Assembly: GCA_000165345.1 (NCBI GenBank)
Contig: CM000431.1
Coordinates: forward strand, 928,001 to 992,000
Direction of reading: 5' to 3'
DNA: 64,000 nt
Both the position numbers and the translations under genes were made by a program. Below the pieces are notes generated by a model that saw nothing but the letters and a program-made list of their open reading frames with translations, had not been told where the DNA came from and made no database searches. Within the stretch, counting starts at the first letter, position 1; the number at the start of each line of letters is the position of its first letter. Shown in pieces: positions 55,467 through 64,000 of this stretch.

Positions 55467-58398
55467 ATGGCAAGATTATCACTACATCCAAGAATATTTG
55501 AATCCGAGTATTCGGCAGAAACAGTAAGTTCAAAAGGAAGTTTTGATCATTAGATTTTTTTTTTTTCTATTGGTCTATCTTCTATATACCTATTTTTTCT
55601 TTTTTTTTGAACCAAATTACTCTCATATAAAATTATTGAAATAGGATAATTATTTAGAAGAAAATGTATCAAATTTGAATAAAAATGGCTGGTCTGGAAG
55701 GAAGATACAAAAATCAGTTTTACCAAATAAAAGAAGATCTATTTCTATTGGACAAAGTAGAAATGATGACTCTGAAACTACTAGACTTTCAAGAACATCT
55801 ATCAATTTGAAGGGACAAATAGATCAAAATAAATCATTTTTTTCAAAAAGCTCGTCAGATCAACTACCAAATGAAGAACTTGATAAGCTTTGTAATCAAT
55901 GCTTAAATCTACTTAGACAAAATAAAATATCTTCAAAGAATGCATTTGATATCCTTCTAATTGATCACTTAAATGATATTGTAAATGTACAAGATTCTCA
56001 AAATGAAGAAGAAAAATCAAATATAATTAAAAAAGAAAACAAAGAGAATGTTTCTAAAATTAACAATAATTCAAAAGAAAAGAATATTGAAATAGATAAA
56101 TCAAAGATGAATAAAGGAGAATTTCATAATGAGATGATAAGCTCAGAAACAACCTCTCAGGATACTAATTTTCAAAAATTCCAAAGAGCTGCAGTAACAT
56201 TGGAAGCATCAGCTAGAATATATGGATATAGAGTAGATTCGACATTTGATAATGCTTATAGGATTTTATCTAACATAAAAAGTGGACAAATTTTAGCTAG
56301 AAATGATTCAGATTGTGAAGAAGATGAAAAAGATCAGCAAGAAGATGATTCTTCTGGTAATAGATTAGAAGAGTCAAGTAAGAAGAAAAAATATAAAAGA
56401 AACTTGATTTTTTCTGGAGAAAATAATACTATAGTGAGCAATCCAGAATCTATTACATTAAAGGAGTTTGAAAAAACTAAAGAAATGAGTGAGAAGCCAT
56501 TTTTTGTTAATTTTTTGAATGATAAGGTTAAAATAGATAATATTAGATTTGGATTAGACTATAATAATATTGGTTCAATTTCATCAATGCTAATGAATAA
56601 CTTGGAATTGAAAGATTCATTATATAATAGAGACAAATCAGCTTCACTTACATTTAATATATCAGGAAGGAATAATTTGATAAATAGTAATAACTTTTCA
56701 TGTTCAACAATTTGTAAAGATGAATTATTCAAAGTAAATAAGAAAACATTGGATTTACTTCTTCCAAATCCAAATGAAAATTTTGGCAAGGATATTAGTA
56801 ATATTGTTTGCCCAAATTTATCAAGGATTTTTGATTCAATTCAAGAAATTACAGAGAATTATGGTGATATTAAACAAGTTAAAGATTCAACTTCTATTGA
56901 GGAATATCAACTAAATGAACAAGTAATTAGGAGATTTTTTGAATTTACTGATCCATCATTTGAGAATGATTCATTAGAATCTGAGAATAACTTTTTGAAG
57001 AAACATAGTCAGAGCATGGATGATATTGAATATGTGAATGAAAATCAAGATCTTGAATTTTTGAATAATTTTGAAGAGGAGGAGAAGGTGGAGCTTAATA
57101 TGGGATTACAAGATTTTCAAATGCATGTTGAGAGAGTTATTAAAGATTTGAATAAGACTGAATCTTCTGAACATATTTTAGAGGATTTAGATCAAAACAA
57201 AGATATTGAGATTGAAAAAAAGTCTGGTGAATTTAAGTTCAGTAAGATTGGCGATGTTCTTGATTTTCTAGCTAAAAAATCAACCAAAAGTTTAGAATTT
57301 TTCAACGAAAGAAAAAAAGGGGAAAAAAGTAATAGTGTATTTGGACAAAAGTTAAGATCAAAATCAGAAAATACGAATTTTGAAATTCCCTCTCCATTAT
57401 TAACCAATAATATATTTAATGGTATTGAATGGATGAATAATTTACCAAAGATTAAACAAACTCAAATAAACTCAAGTAGATCAAAAACTAAAAACTTATC
57501 AAGTAACAAGTTATTTGTTGGAAAGAATAGTACTACTTCAATATTTAACTATAACTTGAACCACTTATTTTGTCTGGCAAATCTTACTGGAGTTAAAATA
57601 AACTTAAGATCAATACATAAAGCTGAGAATTCAGAAGAAACTGCTGGTCAAAATTACATTACAAATGATATACTAATAAAGACAAACAACTCACAACATA
57701 TTAATAAGAATATCTTAAATAATTCTATGAGTGAACAAACAGATCTTATGGTAAATCATTGCGAAATTGAAGATCTTATGCAAGTTGAAAGTTATCTCCA
57801 ACCATTAAGCCAAGAGGAATTCTCTATAGATAATGGCAAAGATATTCTTATTCAAAGTAAATTATTATTACCATTTGATGAAGATAAGATTTCCGATACA
57901 GATATCCTTCTTGAAAAAAGTTCAAAGTCTCTTCATGTTAGAGATGAATACAACAGCTCATTAAAATTCTCCAAGTCATCAAATCATGTTGATATCGATT
58001 TAATCAAGAATGTTTTGAAGAATTCGATTCAGATTCTACAATCAGACGATTCCAATTCTTTGACATTATTTAATATTATAAATCAATCAGTAAGTTTTTT
58101 AAATAGTAATTTGTGGAATATACTTTCTGTATTTATTTCGCAAATTGTTATTATATATTAATTCAAACTTGACCACTTTCATTCTTTTTTATAGAGAAAA
58201 TTATTACAACAAGATGGTTTAAACTCCGTTTCAACTGGAATATTTTTTATTTGTATTTTACATATTTGTAATGAAAATAATTATTCTCTAAACTTATCAG
58301 ATCAAAACGCAAATTCTGACTCACCTATTGAATTAAATTCAGAAAATTATGTTCATATAATGCTTAATTTAAATTCATCCGTGGATTTACAGAAATAA
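55467..58398 (+). CDS. Condensin complex subunit 2 (kleisin CAP-H/Barren/Brn1). Proposed three exons, approximately join(55467..55523, 55646..58089, 58195..58398), each boundary plus or minus 1 nt.
   Basis: The listed ORF 55675..58161 contains the conserved Barren motif NFQKFQRAAVTLEASARIYGYRVDSTFDNAYRIL (compare NFxxASCTLDASxKIYxxRVDSVHxxxYKVL). That ORF ends ...SQIVIIY, six codons after GTAAGT at about 58090. Splicing to the AG at about 58193 continues as RKLLQQDGLNSVSTGIFFICILHICNENNYSLNL.... This matches the kleisin C-terminal winged-helix (AFxxLLHLANExxLxL). The stop is TAA at about 58396-58398. An upstream ATG exon (MARLSLHPRIFESEYSAET|GTAAGT) joined to the AG at about 55644 is plausible but weaker. 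Confidence 0.55.
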
Positions 58399-59326
58399 GT
58401 TAATCATCCTCTTTTTCAACATTTCTATAAATAAATATTATACATATGATAATATATTAAACAATGTTCAAATAAATATAAACAAATCATTATAGAATTT
58501 ATTACTCTGAATTATATCAATTAAACTAATGCTTGATATTTATATTTTATTTTATTTTTCTTCTGCCTATAAATTCCACGTGTATAAATATTGTAATTTA
58601 ATAGATATATAATGCTTAAATTTGTTTCATAATTCTTCCTTCTATTTGCTATTATTAAAACTGTAATCGAAATAAAAAAAAAAAATCACTTATTTTTTTT
58701 TCTAATAATACCAATGGACATAGAGAATTAACAATTAAAGAAAAAAAGGTGTTTATAATATATTATTTCATGTTAAATTAGCATTTGCTGTAAGAAAGAA
58801 AAAAAAATTGCATGAATAGGCGGTAACATACATGTAATTTTTTTTTCCTATAAATATATTTTAATTTAAATTTTTTATTTGATCATCTTTATTAGCTATT
58901 AATGTAAATTAAAAAAGATACGTTTATGCTTTAATAGTTATAGTTCATTGTTAATATATTACTTAACTCATCAATAGTTTTAAAAGAGTCATAATATTAT
59001 AAATCTCAACAAATCACTTTCTTCATTCCCCTCCCCATTTTCCTTTTATATTTAACATAAATAAAATAATGTAAATGAGGTTATTTGGCGGTAAAATTTT
59101 AAAATATGTAATATTTTAATATAGACGTAAATAAATAGTAATAAAGCAAGTTCAAGGGAAAATTCTGAAAATATTTGGATAATCTAGAAAGTAATTTTGG
59201 AATAAAGTGTTAAAACTGTGCTTTGAAGAATTGTAAATATATTTATATAAATACATATATATATTTTCTTTTTTCTTTTTTTGTAGGTTAAGAGTGGTTT
59301 AATGAGTAAAGTAGGGAATTTTTAAA

Positions 59327-59866
59327 ATGCTTAAGAAATTTTCAACTGAAAATATATCATCTCAGAATCAGGTAAAATCATCTGTACAAAGATCAATTAA
59401 AGCTAATATTCTTGCTTTATATCCTTTATTGGAGCAAGTTATTGATGATATTTTACCAAAAAAAGAAAATATTATTTTATCTAAATGTTCTGGACATTTT
59501 CAATTTATTGTTTTAGATTCTATTCCATTATTCTTTCAACAAAGAGATGGTCCGTGGTTTCCAACTTTACGTCTTCTTCATAAATATCCCGATATGATGC
59601 CTACTATGCAAGTTGATAAAGGTGCAATTAAACATGTATTAAAAGGGTCTAATATAATGTGTCCAGGTTTAACTTCACCAGGAGGAAGAATGGAACAAGT
59701 TGAACAAAAACAAGTTGTTAAAATTGTTGGAGAAGGATGCCAAAATGCATGTGCTATTGGCATAACAACTATGAGTACTGATGAGATTAGACAAATAAAT
59801 AAAGGAGTATGTATTGAAAATGTTCATTATTTAAATGATGGACTTTGGAATGTTCATAAATTTTAG
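59327..59866 (+). CDS. MCTS1: MCT-1/Tma20 family translation re-initiation and ribosome-recycling factor, with a PUA domain.
   Basis: 179 aa. It has strong matches to MCTS1: FFQQRDGPWFPTLRLLHKYPDMMPTMQVDKGAIKHVLKGSNIMCPGLTSPGG and, at the C-terminus, NKGVCIENVHYLNDGLW. Confidence 0.8.
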   Translation: MLKKFSTENISSQNQVKSSVQRSIKANILALYPLLEQVIDDILPKKENIILSKCSGHFQFIVLDSIPLFFQQRDGPWFPTLRLLHKYPDMMPTMQVDKGAIKHVLKGSNIMCPGLTSPGGRMEQVEQKQVVKIVGEGCQNACAIGITTMSTDEIRQINKGVCIENVHYLNDGLWNVHKF

Positions 59867-60192
59867 TTCACTATTATAGTCTCCTACTTATTTTTGCTCC
59901 AAGATATATTTGATTTCATACTATTTAATTTATATAAATTTATTATTTCTAATTACACCTTTTAAATTTGAATTAAATATTTAAATTATTATTATTTTTA
60001 TTTTCTGAATTTGTGGGGTTTAAATTTTAATTTATTTAAAATTAAAAAAAAAAATTCGTGTAATTAAATAAATACGTATTGAGGGGGCTCAAAATAGCAC
60101 CAAAATATTAATAAACTGTTAACTAAAATTCTATAAAGAAAAAATGGATCTTCAATAACTGAAATTAGAATTTCTAAATCAAATTAACGAAA

Positions 60193-62592
<2,400 letters not shown>

Positions 62593-62605
62593 ATTCTAAA
62601 AATAA

Positions 62606-64000
62606 TGAATAACTATGGGATTTTTGAGTTAAATGAACATGCTGATAGGGTTGTAGTTTATCTTTATCTGGATAAAGATTTATTTATACAATTTGGCTCT
62701 TATATGGATTCTTTTAATACACTTGATTCTAAAGATAAATGTTTAGAAACAAGTATAATATTTAATAATGGCAAATTATGGTTAGAGGTAAAGGGAACTT
62801 TAGATAAACAAAATTCGAATTCTAAGTTTAGTGGATCTATGGAAGACATAATAATTTTAAATAATAATCAGTTTAATTTAGAGAAGCAATTATCATTTTC
62901 AAATTTTAAAATTTTTTTAAAACTTCCAAATCGTCTTCAAGTACAGGATGTTTTATCTGTTAGTTATTACCATGATAATATTCCAAGCAAAATTTCCACT
63001 GGATCTGAAATTAAAACTCAAGAGGCTACTCCCATCTTATTTTCAAGAATTGTTTTAAGTTTGAAAAATAAACTTTCTCTACTTACCTTATCTACTTTAG
63101 TTACTGATCAAAGCTGGGACCAGCCAAATGAATTAACTTTTATTGAAAAAGATGAGTCTGTTTGTCTGGATCTCGAAACATCACTGTTAAATCATTTACT
63201 AATCAAAAAACCTGATGATCATGAAGATTTAACAAATAAATTAAATATAAACTGTAAAAAATGTGGTTTTTTGCTTTCAGAATACTATGAAAATTGGGTA
63301 ACTGCTCCACTTCCAAGTGAAATGTTTATTCATGGTTCAGAAATGCTTACATGTGATAACTGTCATCCTGTACTTTCATCAAATTCTTCAACTTATTGCC
63401 ATCATGATTTTGGAGCAAGACCAAATTGGATATGCTTAGGAAACTATCATATTTCTATTCATACAAATAACGCTTCACTTGATCATCTACTTTTTCAGAA
63501 AGAGAGTGATTCAATTCTAGACCAAACTATAGAGACTTTTTTCATTAATGATATCAACAATATTTACTATTCTGGAAAAAAAGTTCTGTATTCATTATTT
63601 TGTCAAAACTGTGGTGATAAACTCGGTTGGAAAAATTATCAAGATAATCACATCAATTTTTGGAAATCAAAAGTTCTACTTAATCTTATCTCTAATCAAA
63701 AAGTTGTCTCAACTCTTTTTGCAAACTATTCCATTGCTTCTCTAGCTATACATTATATTGAAAAGTACTTAAAACAATACTCAAAGTTATATATTATAAA
63801 TTCAAACGAAATGGGGGATATCAAAAATAAAGACGCCATTTCTATATATATTATTAAAAAGAATGTTATTAAACTAAAGACTCAGCTCTTTATTGGCTGT
63901 TTATTTGAACATATTGAGTCGCAAGCTCAACTATATAATAAAAGATCTATTATATATAATTCTATCAAAATCTCCTATAATTTAGATACTGGTGACGTCA
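62606..64000 (+). CDS. Partial CDS running off the 3' end of the window, at least 465 codons. It is absent from the ORF track. The product is a Cys-containing hypothetical protein, possibly a HECT-like/UBE3D-type E3-related protein.
   Basis: ATG at 62606 opens MNNYGIFELNEHADRVVVYLYLDKDLF.... By manual translation I hit no stop through position 64000. CxxC pairs appear repeatedly (CKKCGF...CDNCHP...CQNCGDKLGW). It is probably missing from the track because it lacks a stop inside the window. Confidence 0.4.

Noticed and set aside
56100-56165. An apparent 1-nt frame inconsistency between my hand-indexing and the ORF-track frame for the condensin ORF.
   Set aside because: It is most likely my transcription or indexing error, not a real frameshift. 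The ORF track was computed from the same sequence and shows a continuous 828-aa frame.

Overview
This 64-kb window is AT-rich (roughly 70% A+T by eye), gene-dense eukaryotic nuclear DNA, not prokaryotic. The standard genetic code applies, with TAA, TAG and TGA all used as stops. There are about 30 protein-coding genes on both strands, roughly one per 2.2 kb. Most are single-exon. A minority carry short GT-AG introns with GTAAGT donors, including initiator micro-exons in two ribosomal-protein genes. Intergenic regions are full of GGCGCC/TTGGCGGGAAA (E2F-like) and TGCATGCA motifs. Together this fits an apicomplexan, most plausibly Cryptosporidium-like, but the organism is inferred and not verified.

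Recognisable products:
- Cytosolic Hsp90, DNA ligase I, isoleucyl-tRNA synthetase, Cbf5/dyskerin and U5 snRNP GTPase Snu114.
- DEAD-box helicase Has1/DDX18, MBF1, MCT-1, AP-complex sigma subunit and ribosomal proteins L19e, L30e and L27a.
- A copper-type P-type ATPase whose C-terminus is only recovered by splicing two 3' introns.
- Condensin kleisin CAP-H/Barren, spliced.
- Likely Ctf8 and Nuf2.
- A prolyl-4-hydroxylase-like 2OG oxygenase.
- Two PUB-domain proteins, one of them a rhodanese plus inactive-DUSP pseudophosphatase.
- A degenerate AAA-like pseudo-ATPase.

I found no CRISPR array, no mobile element, and no rRNA or tRNA gene I can support. I found no prokaryotic-style defence or novel system, and I do not want to invent one. 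The most unusual locus is a 1007-aa protein made of about 24 tandem 27-29-aa repeats of consensus EKSVFESxPxxNSxADVSYNSK, carrying a near-perfect 249-bp internal duplication. An unlisted ORF also runs off the 3' end of the window.

Homology calls come from motif recognition by eye, with no database search. Intron coordinates are hand-derived and may be off by a base.
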